Assembly (NCBI RefSeq): GCF_009914755.1
Contig: NC_060944.1
DNA length: 64,000 bases
Source of the DNA: the human T2T-CHM13v2.0 reference genome, Homo sapiens
Strand: one strand, 5' to 3'
The translations under genes and the position numbers were made by a program. The notes under the pieces are model-generated. The model saw only the letters and a program-made list of their open reading frames with translations, had not been told where the DNA came from and did no database searches. Below are positions 31,653-46,653 of the stretch, one piece after another (position 1 is the first letter of the stretch; each line of letters begins with the position of its first letter).

Positions 31653-34187
31653 TCAGGTCCTTCCTTCTCTGAACCTTGGTTTCCTCATCTGTAATACAAG
31701 GATAACAGCAGCCCCCATCTTAGAGTTGGTTGCAAAGTTTAAGTGAAATCATCCAAATAAAGTGCTTAACCCAGATTTGGCGCATAGCAAGCGCTCGGTG
31801 AATGGTGGCTATTATTACTGTGGATGTTGCGCTAGATTCCTGGGCGTGTCACTTCCATCTGAGAGCCTCAGGCGCCTCTGCTCATCAGGGTGCTCCTGCC
31901 TGCCTGCCCTTCGGGACCCACTTTCTGCCCTTCTCATTGCCACCGTCTCTGTCTCCAGCTCCCCCTTCAACCTCCCTGGGAGGTGGTAGGATTTCCAGAC
32001 CCTTCTGGGCCCCTTTTAGCTCCCACTTGAGCAAGAGTTGGCAGGTTGGGGCGGCGGATGCCATCCGCCTCCCATATGCTTCCTGCTATTTAGAGGAAAA
32101 CTCTCCCCGCGTTCCTCCAACCACACGGGCTGACATTTCCAGACAGACGCTGGAATCAGCTCTTCGGGGGATTGGCAGATAAATTTGGCCCAGGCTTTTG
32201 GGAAAATCTTCAGCCTTACTGAGGAAGCGGAGCCCAGGCTCAACGACTTCCGTCCACCCTGCTACTCCTCGGGCCTGGTCCTTCCAGGGGGCTGGAGCAC
32301 TGTTCTACAGCCTTGCTGATTAGGGTAAGTCTTACCAGCCCAGCTGTCCCCCAGGAGAGCCCCTGGGGAAGTTGCTGCTTCCAGCCTTTCACTCAGAGGC
32401 AGCAGGAGTTGCAAGGGGAAGCTCCTCCCCCTACGCCAAGACACCTGGGTGTTACCCTACTCAACCTGGCAGAGGAGCAGGTTTGGGACGGTAGATACCA
32501 AGCTCCAGATCACTTCCTGTCTCTGTGATCTCAGGTGACTCCACCTCTCTGAGCCTCTTTTTCTTCATCTGTAAAATGGGGATAATAGGAGGATCTGTCT
32601 GGTTAAAAGCCTTAGGGTGGATGGTGCCTGGCACATGCTAAATGCACAACAAATACTAGCCACTAGTATTATCATCATCCTTGTTATCATTATTATTTGG
32701 GCTAGAACAGCGCCTAGCACTTAATATGGGCTCAGTAAATGTTAATGTTTTTTCCCTTGTCCTTTCCTACAGCTGTGGCTACTCAAGGAATACCAGGGCA
32801 TTTCAGACTTAGCTCAGATTGGTGTAACCAGTGGCAGAAATGCAAGAGTAAGGACAGGCAGAGGCTGCCACATCCAGGGTAGAATGTAGACACCAGTCCC
32901 TCCATACACACAGACACACGCACATGCATGCACGCACGCACCTGTGTCCCAAAATCTCATGCATCCCATCTGAGTCTGGAGTTGCCCTCTGCTTGGTTTT
33001 GATGGGCGAAAGGGAAGAGGAAGGCCCGGCAAGGCCTGGGCTCTCTGCAGGCCTGGCTGGAGGCAGAGTGCAGGAGACGCTTGAGTGTCAGCCACAGTAG
33101 GAGGGTTCGGGGAAGCTGGAGTAATTCTATTTGGCTGGAGTAGAAAGTGGGTGGTGGGAAGGCGTGGGAAGCAAGTTTGAGCTTCATTCAGCACCTCCTG
33201 AGTGAGCCCAAGTACCGGGCCTCGTGCCAGGGACTGGGGAAGTGGTTGGAAAAGATGGGCACGCTTCCTGCCCTCAACAAGCTCTGGTTCTGGGACAGGG
33301 AGGCAGTGGCAAACATGCTAGCAGTAAGCTAGCGACACTCTGGGTGATGCTCAAATAGCCCCAGGTGCCAAGAGAGAGGGGGCCACAGGACAGTGGTAGT
33401 GAGTACCTTCCAGAGACAGGGTGGTCAGAGAGGCCCTCTTTGTCCTCTCAAGCACACACTGGAGCTGGCCCTGCAAATGCTGGATGGGTAAAGTGGCGGG
33501 AGGCAGAGGAGGCAGCGAGAACAAAGGTTGGGAAGGTGGCCGAAGCCAGACCCTGGAGGCCTCGAGGGCCAGGCCCATGGGAGATGCTCTTGAGAAAGAC
33601 TATTCTGGTGGTGGGTGCGGGATCCTGTCAGGGGGAAGAGATGGAACCAGGAGACCTGTCTGCAGAGATGCCTTGAGCATCTGCCGCACATGCTGTTGGA
33701 GCAGTTGGGGGGAATTCTGGACCAGGGAGAAGTGGATGAGCAGAGAGCATCTCACAGGGTCAGGCTCTGAGCGGAATCCTGGGACTCGAGGCACATATGT
33801 TTTGAAAGGAGGATCTGGACCTGTGTGTAGCTGGGGTGGGGTCAGGTAAGAGAGAAGACATCAGGGAAACTTAGACCCAGACCTCAGGGTAGTCAGGAAG
33901 AGTTTTAGAGGAGAGCCTGGTGCTGGTTGTGGGGAGGGGCTTCCTGGCAGCCTGGGCTGCAGGTGGGAATGACAGCACACAGGTAGAGTGAGCACAGGCT
34001 TCGGCATTCGGCCCAGTGGCCAATTCCAGATCTGCTTCCTTGCTCTGTGACTTTGGGAAAATCACTTGACCTCCCTCCCTAAGCCTCACCTGTTCTAATA
34101 ATACCGAATCAGTTGAAATTGCATTTAGCTGCATGTAACAGAAAACAAGTAACATTTGTATAAATACCCAGAAGATTATTATTCTTA

Positions 34188-34891
<704 letters not shown>

Positions 34892-34960
<69 letters not shown>
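34892..34960 (+). repeat. Perfect (AG)~34 microsatellite
   Basis: Uninterrupted AG dinucleotide run as an Alu tail. Confidence 0.98.
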
Positions 34961-34962
<2 letters not shown>

Positions 34963-36518
34963 CTCAGAGGCAGGCAGGCAAGCCAGGGCCAGTGCAGTGA
35001 TTCAGATGAAACATCAAGGGCCCAGGCCTCTGACACCCTTAGCATGCATCTTTCATTCTCATGGCTACAAAATGGCTGCTCCTCTGCCATGTGCTGCATC
35101 TGAATTCTAGACAGGAAAAGGAGAGTAAAGCCTGCATGCTTCGCGAGTTTCCTTTTCCTACCAGGGAAACAAAGACTTCCTGGAAGCCCCACTTTGTGGA
35201 TTTTTGCCTACTTCTCTTTTGCCAGATTTGGACACATGGACACCCTAGCTGCAAGGGAAGCTGATGAAGTGAATATTTCTAACTGAGCCCTTCTGTTAGG
35301 AAAAAGGGAAGAATAGCTAGCAGGATAGCTAGCATGATCCACCTTAAAGTACCCACCTCACAGGGAAAGATTCTAAGAGATATTTAATGTACATAAAATA
35401 ATCGGCAACCTTTCAATAAATGGTGGCTGCCTTTATTCTACTACTCTACCTACATGTATTCATTCATTCATTCAGCAAGCAAGCAAGCATATATTGTGTT
35501 TTGGGCACTGAACACAGTACTGCACATGACAGTGACAGTCCCTGCCCCTTTGGCACTCACAACAGATAGGGAAGATGGGCAAGGAAACAAATTCACTCTA
35601 CTTCAATCAGTGTCAAAACAGAGGATTTATTTTTGTCTGTGTTTTCTTACCACTGTGGTTTCTCCACCTAAAGCAATGGCTGGGACACACTAGGCACAAA
35701 ATAAATAGTTATTGAATGAATGAGATAGTTCAAGAAATACCCACTAGTGGCCTACCATGTACAAGACTCTGGATTGGTTAGAGAAAGTGGGTGACACATC
35801 ATGCCTCCCTTCAGAAGAAGCAGGGAAAGAAAGTCATTTTATGTTGAACATTGAGATGGGTGCTGGGGACCTAGCAGTGAACAAGAATGTTGTGACTCCT
35901 GTCTTCATTGAGCCCCCAGTCTAGGGGCAGAGGCACTGGAGGAGTCTAGAGTCCTGAGAACATTCTGTTCAGGTGTCCTGGGGTAAGCCCCTTCCCTTCC
36001 CCGGGCTTCCATTTCCTTACTTATATGACAGGTATGATGGGTCCTGGTGGGGCTATCGCTGATGCTGGTGATGATGGTGGGTGTCTCATAAGCTCTTCTC
36101 CTCTGTATGTGTAGGAGGCTGATGTAGAGCTGGGATGGGGGCTTCTCCTTGCCATGTTAGGAGAAGAGACACCTGTGGCAGCGATGGGAGTGGGCTGCAT
36201 CTGATCCCCTTGGAATCTCATGGGGTCCCAGGAGAGCAAAGAATCTGGGCCTTGTTTCCATCCTTGCCCACCCCAGTGTCTGAGTCTGGCAGCTTGTTGA
36301 CAGCTGGCCAGCTGGGCATGGAGCATCCAGCACTGGATGTTGGCAAGCAGTGAATGGGCTGTGCTGGGTACCCCAAGGTGAGAAGTGAGGATGATTGCAA
36401 TTATGGGAGATCTGGAGGTGGAGAAGCAGCCTGGAATTTGAGGGCAGAGATCTGGTTTTGTCACTTGTTTGGCTATGTGACATTTGAGACATTTCTTGGC
36501 CCATTGAAACCTTGGTTT

Positions 36519-37188
<670 letters not shown>

Positions 37189-37988
37189 TGACCTAGCACA
37201 TAGTAGACACTCAACATGAGCAGTGATCATCATTGCTATCATTACATTGTCCTTGTTGGGAAGGGGGAATGTTTACTAAGCTGTTTACTAAGCCCTTTTT
37301 ATGTGCCACACTTGGTGCTGGTCACACCATCTTAATGCACCACAACTCTGAGGAGGTGGCCTTCTTCCCATGTATCAGAGGAGGACACTGGTATTCTGTT
37401 GTGCCCCATCTTCCCCTTAGGCTGCTTTAGAAGCACAGAGTTGCTGGCTCCGCTGGGGTCTCCACTGAACTGAAGTCCTGAGGGTCCTTAAAGAAGGGCT
37501 CAAGGCAGCTCAAGCTGTTTACTTTGAGACCATGTGGGCAGCCAGTGATATCAGAGAGGTGATCAGGGCAGAAATAAATCTAGCCCTCATCAAATGGGCA
37601 AGGAGCCAATAAAAGACGGCCTCAGGGATGAGTGATGGAGTGGGACAGGCTGAAGGATCAGCAGTGTTTCTCCTTATTCACTGTCTTGAGAACAGGGCAA
37701 CAAGCCCAGCCCTTGAGATGAGGTGGCATTGGGCTTGTCCCTTGCTGCTGCACTTGGCTGTAACACTGTATCCAGTGACCGTCCCTGCTTGTGTCTGAAA
37801 TGAAGCCAGTAGGTTAAAAAGGGAAGGTTTGGGAGGCTCTCTTGGCCTATGAAGATGGGTTTTCCTAGTCAAGAACCTCCAGAAAGCCTTCCTGAGCTAC
37901 CCCAATCCAAGGAACTTCACGGGGTGAGAAACACACAGGAAAACTGGTCTCTGGAATGAAAGAGATGCAAATAGAAATAGACCTGGAA

Positions 37989-38328
<340 letters not shown>

Positions 38329-38465
38329 TCAGGGCCTTACTAAATGTGGGGCAAGTAACTAGCTAGAAAAAAAAAGAAGCTTTCATTGCCACCTCAGCAT
38401 GGGGGAAGGGGATTTTGACACTTTGACCTTTGAGCTGTGCTGTTTGGGGTGCGGGGCACTCGTTT

Positions 38466-38575
38466 GCCTCTGTCCTTAGTGCTGATGTCAGGGGTGTTGT
38501 CCGTGGTGCTGAAGATAGAGAGGGTAGAGATTTGGCCTGGTCCCGACGCCTGGGGGTGCTGTCCTCGGTTCTGTC
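38466..38575 (-). promoter_or_regulatory. REST/NRSF RE1 (NRSE) motif cluster
   Basis: GGTGTTGTCCGTGGTGCTGAA (38493-38513) is 19/21 to the reverse complement of TTCAGCACCACGGACAGCGCC; weaker co-oriented matches at 38466-38486 and 38555-38575. Confidence 0.75.
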
Positions 38576-40649
38576 TTGAGAGTTTTCATGAATCATTTCC
38601 AGGACTGTGTGGTTTTCTGGGGACCCAACTGGGAGGTCAGAAGCTTTGGCCCTGGCATTGTGCAAATCTGAGCAATATCTGAGGTAGGATTTGAGCCTCT
38701 GTTACCATCTACCAGGCACCCTTTTAATAACTTTGGATGTATTATGCCATTTATTTCTAAGCAGCAACCTACAGGGGAGGTACTAATATTTATTCCCATG
38801 TTAAAGGTGAGCAAACTGAAGGTTAGAGAAGTTGAGTGACCTGGGGACTGTATTTCTAGCCTCAATTTCCTCAGTCATAATAGGAAGGTTGTTGGTAGTG
38901 TAACACAAACTAATGGGTGGGACAGGGCTTTGTAAACTGATGCACAGATGTGGTGGCATTAGTCTTACACACGGAGGAAAGCAGGAGTGAATTGTCAAAT
39001 GCAGATACTCTTGGAACCTCATAGAACTTCCTGCAAAGTCTGAGGTTTGAGCCAGAAAGGAAACAAGGAGATCAGGGGTGGTGGTGTGTAAGGCTCAGAG
39101 ATTGTGTGGAAAAGAAGAAAGTGCCCATTTACTGTGTACCTACTGTGTGCCAGGACCTGTACTGGGCACCTGACAAACCTGGTCACTCTACCTGCATAAC
39201 CACATTGGTGAAGAGCAACTGGTTTCATTTTACAGATATGGAAGTGGAAGGGGGTTACTTAGCTAGGAGGTGGTGTTGAGAAAGGCCTTGAGAACCAGAG
39301 ACTTGAGTATCTAATCCTGGGTGTCATCTGGTCCAGCCCAGAGAAGGGGTGTGACCTGCTGGGGGCATGCTAAGTTGGCAGTAGGACTCAGGCTGGATTT
39401 GGCTTCCTTTGGTGTCTTTCCTCTCCTAGGAATATGGCACCACCACCCTCCCCTCACCACTAGCCCCACGAAGATGAGGAAATACTGTTGTGTCACAAAC
39501 AGGGGCTGTGTGTCAGAGACCCAAGATTCAAATCCTGGATCTGCTAACTGTGAGCTGTGTGGCCTCAAACAAGTCATCTACCCTCTCTGGGCCTCAGTTT
39601 TTCCACCTCTAGCTTAGCGGAAGAGCACGGTAATCACTGCCCTGTAGATGGTTTTCAGGATCAGAAGAGAGAGTGGGTTGAAAAGGGCTGGCAGGTTAGT
39701 TCTTAGTAGTAGAAATAAGACCCAGAGGAGGGAAAGACTGCCCCCTACACACACCCCAGGAAGCACAGCAAGAAGCAAAAGTGCAAAAGGGCCTAGAACT
39801 GATGCCCTGAGCCACCAATGCCATTTCCCAGCAGGACTAGTAGGCATGGCTGGGGCAGCACCTGGCAGTCCCAGCTGACAGACATTCCTTCGGGCAGGCA
39901 GTCTCAAGCCCCAGAGCCAAGCATCCTTGTGGGGGGTCAGTGGCCAGGCCAGCTCTGGCTGTTCCTCCACCAGCCTCCCTAATGGCTCCAAGCTGCATAC
40001 GCCTCATGGGGCTGCTGTCATGCCTAATTAGGCTGTCCTCAGCCACCCTCTCTCCAGGGCCCTGTTGTGGCCATTTGAGGCTCTGGACATGATTATGGTG
40101 GCTGCCCTTCGCAGCTGTTTGGCTTTTGGAAGGAGGTGGCCACCTGCTCTCATGATTACCTATGGCCTAAGAGATCTGCCTCCCCACTTCAGCCCAGGAG
40201 GCTTAGCTCTGCAGCTCTGGGCCCAGAGATCTAGCTGCACCCTCCTCACACACCCTACCCTGGCTCCAAAGCCTGGCACTAAAGCAGAGTGAAGAAGGAA
40301 AGGAGAAAAAGATGGCAGGAGTAATAGAGAGAACAGGAGGGAAAGGAAGGCGGGGGCCTCGGCACCACCAGCCAGCCTCCTCAGCGGAGGCTGGGATCAC
40401 TTAGGAGACAAAGCCCACCTCGTCCACACTCTCCCCTGAACCTTTCAGCAGCCCATGCAGCCAGCAGGACACAGAACCAGAGAGCAAGCAAGCGTGACAC
40501 ATTGTGTGAGGTGAGAGCTTAGTGTGGGGCCAGGGTCAGGGGTCATTCTGGGGCTCAAATCATAGGGGAGTTCCTTGCATAGCAAGGATAGAAGTTGGGG
40601 CCTTGACCTCATGTTCAGCACCTGTCAGCACAGAGCAAGCATGTTTGCT

Positions 40650-40806
40650 GAAGGAAGGAAGGTAGAGAGGGAGGAGGGAAAAAAGGGAGAAAAGGAGGAA
40701 GGAAGGGAGGAAGGGAAGGAGGGAGAAACAAAGAAGGAAAGGATGGAGGGAAGAAGGAAGAGAAGAAAAGAGGGATGGGGGAGGGAGGGAGGAAAGAAAG
40801 AAGGAA
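40650..40806 (+). repeat. Polypurine (GGAA/GAAG-like) low-complexity tract
   Basis: About 155 bp almost entirely A/G. Confidence 0.9.
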
Positions 40807-40829
40807 ATACTAAAAGGCATTCCATGTAG

Positions 40830-41135
<306 letters not shown>

Positions 41136-41139
41136 TGAA

Positions 41140-42200
41140 TGATTTTCTTACATAAATTATATCATAATCAATTAATATATTTGCATTTTTCTTTTTTCAC
41201 TTATTTTTGAGATGTATACAAGTGCAGCTGTAGCTCGTTCATTTTTTCTGCCGAATAGTATTCCATTGTATGCTTATACCACATCCTCCTGCCGGTGGAT
41301 ATTTCAGTGGTTCTGGTTCTCCACCATGAAGATCTCTGTGAATATGCATTAGTATTTCTCTGGAAGCAGGATTTTCTGTGTTAATAAACACTGCTAAAGT
41401 GCCCTCCAAGGTAATTATGCCACTTTGCACTCCTGTTAGTGATATATCTGAGTTCTCATTTCCTCAGCACCTCAGCATCAGTTGATTCATCGCTCTTTAA
41501 TTTTGCCAATCTGCTGGGAGAAAATATCTCATTTTCATTAGCGTCGCCTGACTATTAGAGAAGCTGAGTGTCTCATGATGTGTTTAGCGGTCATCTGAAT
41601 TTTTCTCTTCTGCAAAATGCCTGTTCATATACTTTGCCCAGTTTTTTATGCGTCACATCTTTTTCTTATTAATTTGTAAAGAGGTTTATATATGTGAATA
41701 TTAATCCTTGTTATCTTTGTCGCAAATATTTTCTCCAAGTTGTGTTGCTTGTCTGTTAACTTTGTGTCTTCTACATTCAGAAGTTTAAACTTTGGGGGTA
41801 GTAAAATTTATTTTCCCCTTCACTTGCTTTTATTTCTTTGCAACTTCTTTAAGAAGGCCTTCCCCACCCAAGGTCATAAAGATAATTCTAGATCTCTTCT
41901 AAGTATTTTCATTTTATTTCCTTTTGTTTCATATTGAGATATTTAATCAAGTTTAGGTCTTTTATCTTTGCATGCGGTGTGAAATAGGGATCTGATTTCA
42001 TTTTTCTATAGCTAGCCTATTGTCCCAGCAGCATTAATTGAACACCCTGTCCTTTTCTCACTGATTTGAAATACCATCTCTGTTTTATGTTTAAGCGCCC
42101 ATGTATTTATGGATCTGTTTCTGGGAACTCTGTTCTGTTTCATTGATCTCTTTGTCTATCTCTTTGTCTATTTCGGTTCTACACTAATCACTGTATCTCA
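41140..42200 (-). mobile_element. Old L1ME-like fragment (~1 kb)
   Basis: AT-rich; aatagtattccattgtatg, aaatgcctgttcatat, gcaaatattttctcc, tttatggatctgtttctggg...tctgtttcattgatct. Confidence 0.8.
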
Positions 42201-42432
42201 TCATTTTTCAACAGGGACATCTTGGCATTTGGGGTACAACAATCCTTCCTTGGGTGGGACTGTCCTGCTCATTATAAGTTCTTGAGCACCCGTCATCCAG
42301 TCCTTGGCACTCAGTAGAACCCTCCCCTGAGTGAGTGTTATGAAGAAAAATACCCTGAGCGAGTGTTATGAAGAAAAACACGTTTGCAAAGTCGCCCTAG
42401 GAGGGCAGTCCCTTGGCTATTGAGAACTGCCA
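42200..42432. mobile_element. MER20-like hAT-Charlie relic with an internal 28-bp tandem duplication (42325-42380)
   Basis: tttttcaacaggg...gggactgtcctg...ttgagaactgc; ccctgag(t/c)gagtgttatgaagaaaaa(t/c)a x2. Confidence 0.55.
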
Positions 42433-42859
42433 CAGATAGCTGTATTATGTGGCTTGATATCTGGTAGGACAAGCCTCCCCGTCCCCACTTCTTGATTCTT
42501 CCTTTGTATGTTCTCTTCGCACTCTGCTTTGCTGCCATCAGTGGAATCCATAGCATGACACTGTCAGGCATCTCTGGAGATGGGACTCCCATCAGGCAAG
42601 GCAGCCCACTCCTTTGTGTGTGTCTGTCTGGGGCCTGATTGTTAGAAAGTGCTGTCTTACACTGAGCTGAAGTTGGCCTCCCTGTGTCCCACTTCCTCCC
42701 CAGCTCCTGGAGCCCCCAGAACACACGTCCCTCCCCCGTGGCCCACCCTTCATTGACCTCAGAGAGCAGACATTTCCCCTCCACCTCAACTCTTTTCTCT
42801 AGACTCCCAAACTCAATAACCCCGGTTCCCTCTGATGTGCGTCAAAGACTTGGCTTAGT

Positions 42860-43110
42860 GGCAGGCAGCGTGGTATGTTTGAACTTGAGTCAGACACATT
42901 GAGTTAGAATTCCTGCTCACTTACCTATTAGCTGTGTGACTCTGGGAAAGGCAGTTAACCTCTCTGTGCCTCATTTGTTAAATTGGGGTAATAGACCCTC
43001 TACCTCAGAGGGTTGATGAGAGATGTAAATGATTCGGAGCATAAGGCCTGAGCCTGGTGCAGGTGCCCAGGAAGTGATAGCTGTTCACACTTTTCCTGCG
43101 ATTATTACTT
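42860..43110 (+). mobile_element. MIR SINE
   Basis: tagctgtgtgactctgggaaaggcagttaacctctctgtgcctca. Confidence 0.8.
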
Positions 43111-43581
43111 CTTCATGATGCTCCTGGTCACTGTTCCATGCCTACCCATCAGAAGAGGTGTCCAGAGCTGAAAGGGGCACCCAGATGGGCTCTGGCCAGG
43201 ATAAGGACCACCATTGCATCCTCTGCCTGAGAAACTAGGATGACAGGATTTGCTGTGGGGCTGGTTGTGGGGATGACAAAGAGGAGTCAGGGCCAAGTCC
43301 AGAGTTTTGGTCTGATCCATTGTGAGGGTGGCGCTCCCATCAGTGGGAAGGAGAAGACCGGGAAGAGCAGGTTTGCAGGGTCAGGAGTTCAGGTTTAGAC
43401 ATGACAAGTTGGCGATGCCTGTTAGACATCCAAGTGGAGATGTTGAGTTGAAAATTGGATATGTGAATCTAGGGTTTGGGAGGAGGGAGGATTCCAGGCC
43501 TGATGTGTCAATGTGGGGGTCATCAGACCTTCCCAGACCTTTTCCTCTGCTATTGCATAGACGTAGTTTTATTCTGAGAGG

Positions 43582-43855
43582 TAGGACAGCACAGTGGTTA
43601 AGAAGGCTTGTTCTGGAGTCAGGTGGTTCGAGTACCAGCTCTGGCTGTTTCTCACTGTATGTCTGGGACAAGTTACTTACTTTCCCTGTGCCTCTGCTTT
43701 CCCATCCACCAAATGGGTAACAGTAATGCCCATCTCTCCCTTAGAGATGTGGTGGGGATTACAGGAGATAATGAATGATGCCAAGTCATGGGCTTACCTG
43801 AGACCTGTTGCACGCTAAGCACTGTCTATATGAACTCTAGTAATTATCATTTTTA
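43582..43855 (+). mobile_element. MIR SINE, near full length
   Basis: acagcacagtggttaag ... gacaagttacttac ... aaatgggtaacagtaat. Confidence 0.8.
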
Positions 43856-45046
43856 GCTGTGAGTCTAAGCTGTGAAGGTTTCCTGATTGATTCATTTGTT
43901 CCTTTTCTTCCTCTCTCTTTTTAAAAAAAATTACCTTACATAAGTAAGAAAAATAAATAAGAGAAAAGGAGAAAAGAAAAGACAAAACAAGATGATTCTA
44001 GGTTATACTTTATTAAAGGTAGGCTATAAATTTGCCTCTGAGCTTCCTAGTAGACAAAGAAAAAAAGGAAACAAGAAGTAGCATGATTCACTGTGCCCTT
44101 GAAAGGAAAATAAGTCAATTAATTGCTCAGGTGTGTGCAGAGTATCCATGTCCTCAGAGCCATTCATACAGTAAATACAGTAACAACAGGGGCTGCTGCT
44201 ATGACTCTAGTCCCCAAAGGCTCTGGGGTTCAGAGGGGCCATGACTGGTACTCTGGAGGCCATGAAACCAAAGCATGGGTGGTGGAGGCTGGGCTCCTGG
44301 CCTCCTAATGGGGGAAACAGCCAGGACCACACCTATCCTGCTGCGTGGCAGCATGGGCTCCAGGCTGAAATAGGGGCAGAGAAGTGTGCAAACTGGACCA
44401 AGGGGCAGTGAACTTCAGCTGGGAGAAGACATCACAGAAGACATCATATTTGGCATAGGCCTTGAAAGCTGAGTAAGGCTCTGACCCCTGGAGATGACAA
44501 TGGAGGTCCTGAGTTCCCCATCAGACCCAGCCTGAGAAGGAGCGTCGTCCACAGCCTGTTACAGATAAAGAGAGCTTAGAGATTCAAGTTCAGCTGCACT
44601 CCCATGATAGGAGAACTGAGGCCCAGAGAAGGCAGGGCTAAACCTGGAGTCACACAGAGAGGCAGGAACCTAGCAGGCCTCAAACCCAAGCCTTCTGCCT
44701 CTCTGACCAAAGCTAGTTCCCCTTCCTTACCCTGACTACAGCTTCTCTGGGTTCTGACTCGCCTCCTGCAGGGTCATTAACCACCTACTGCCTGCCACAT
44801 GGTGTCCCCCTATATTTAACTCCCACGCTGTGACTTACAGAGGCCCAGAATAGCAATCCTGAGTGGGGGGGCATGCCTCCACTGTACCCCCCTCTAGTCT
44901 AACTGAACTGCTGGTCACAGCTCCCTTCTCCAGGAGAGAGCAGGGTCCTGGATCCTGGGTCTGTGTTACTGCAAGAGGAGAACTAGCTTGTCCCTAAGTA
45001 AGACTTAGTATAAGGAGTGAACTACCCACTTGAGGAATCCTGGATA

Positions 45047-45322
45047 CACACTGAGCCCTGACCCTGGCCCCAGACTGAGCCTTGATCCCTATCCACAGAC
45101 TAAGCCTTGGTCCCTGCCCCCAGACTGAGCCTTGACTTTGATCCCAGACTAAACCCTGACCCTGGTCCCAGACTGAGCCCTGATCCCTTCTCTAGGTTGA
45201 ACCTTGACCCTGACCCCAGACTGGGACCTGACCTTGATCCAAGACTCAACTCTGACCTCTTCTTCAAGCTGAGCCGTGACCCTGGCCTCAGACTAAGCTC
45301 TGAGCTCTGGCCTTGACCCAGA
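45047..45322. repeat. Degenerate 24-25 bp tandem array, ~11 units (CAGACTGAGCCCTGACCCTGGCCC-like)
   Basis: CAGACT/AGACT anchors recur every 24-25 bp. Confidence 0.85.
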
Positions 45323-46653
45323 TGGTTGGCAGTTGGGGACATGAATAGTTGGGACTCCTTCTCCCCCTTTAAATGCTAGAAACTCAGCTGAGGGGCCCCA
45401 CCCCCATTTAGGCCAGTGACTCAGATTGTGCCCTGAGGGTTCTATCTCAGAGACTGCCCCCGACACCCTGGCCTCAGCTGCAGTGGCCTGGGGACCTATA
45501 GCCGTGGGAGATAGAACCATTCAGGCCGCCCACTCTGACCATGAACTCCTCTGCAACCCCAAACAGGCTGCCAGCACAGCTGAAAGCTCTCCCGCCCCTT
45601 CTCCTAATTTGCCTCCTCTCTAATTCTCCAGGCCATGCGATCTGTGGTGAGGGCTGAGATATTTATAAAATCTGTGTCCTTCATGATAAAGCCAGCCCCA
45701 GGGACCAGGTTCAGAGCAGCTCTATTCATCCTTTAAAGCCCAAAAACTTCAAACGCACCCACCACAGAGGGCCCTCATCACAGTCCCACCTGTCACCAAT
45801 TGAAGTCCCACCCCCTGCATTTTGGAATTGCCTTCTCTCTTGTGCCCAACACTGTTCCCAGCAGCCACAAACCCTGGCTGGGTGGAAGAAGCTGGGACGC
45901 TGGAGGCTGACGACAGCTCTGCTTCCTGACTGGTGTCTCAGATGAGTCACTACCCAGCTCTGAGCTCCAGTCCCTTTGTCTTGCAAATGGAACAGCGCCC
46001 ACCCTTCACCCCCCAGTCTATAGTGCTGGGGGGTAGGATTCCATGAGGTGCAAAGTGCTCAGCTCTGGGCCTGGCAGAGGAGCTTCTGGGTGTTAATGCC
46101 GTCTCCAATGCAACCAGTATCACATGAGCAAGTGGGCAACACCTGCCATAGCTTTCCCATAGCCTGTCCCAGTTCCTGAAGGTGCACCATCGGGGTTATC
46201 CAGAAATCTCAGTTAAATCACGGGTCACCCTTGAGGGGAGGCGGCTTAAGGCTTGTCCTTTTGGAGGAATTGCAGAGGCTTCTGGGAGTATCCTTAAACT
46301 CGCCCTGACTTCACTTGGTGGGCCTCAGGGCCTGGGTGATAGGCAGGGAGTGGCTTGGGGTCGTGTCCCGAACAGCAGAGGGTGGTCTGGTTCAGAGTGA
46401 GGCAGCAGGGATGGAAAGCCAGTGAGCTGGGGGGCAGGAGCTGTTGGAGCAAGAGTGAGGGAGCCACTCGGCTTCCAGCTCAGGTGCTAGGGGCTGCCAC
46501 TAGGAGAGAGACAGGAGAGGAGCAAGTGTGTCAGAGGAAATCTGGAATTCAGCTCAAATGCGTTGAGTCTCAGATGTCTGGCCAGCAAGCAGGAGAGACA
46601 GCCAGGAGGGGTTAGAGCCTTAGGATTGCCTGTCATTCATTCACTCATTTGTT

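Noticed and set aside
32053-32069. GGCGGATG-C-CATCCGCC palindrome; also AGCTCATGAGCT near 55562
   Set aside because: Isolated short palindromes; about one of each is expected by chance in 64 kb.
40613-40640. RE1 left half-site TTCAGCACC (also ~33187 and ~50405)
   Set aside because: No properly spaced GGACAG right half.
45100-45342. Periodic Pro/Asp/Leu and Ser/Gly/Leu peptide ORFs
   Set aside because: Consequence of the 24-bp DNA repeat; upstream 25-bp units break the frame.
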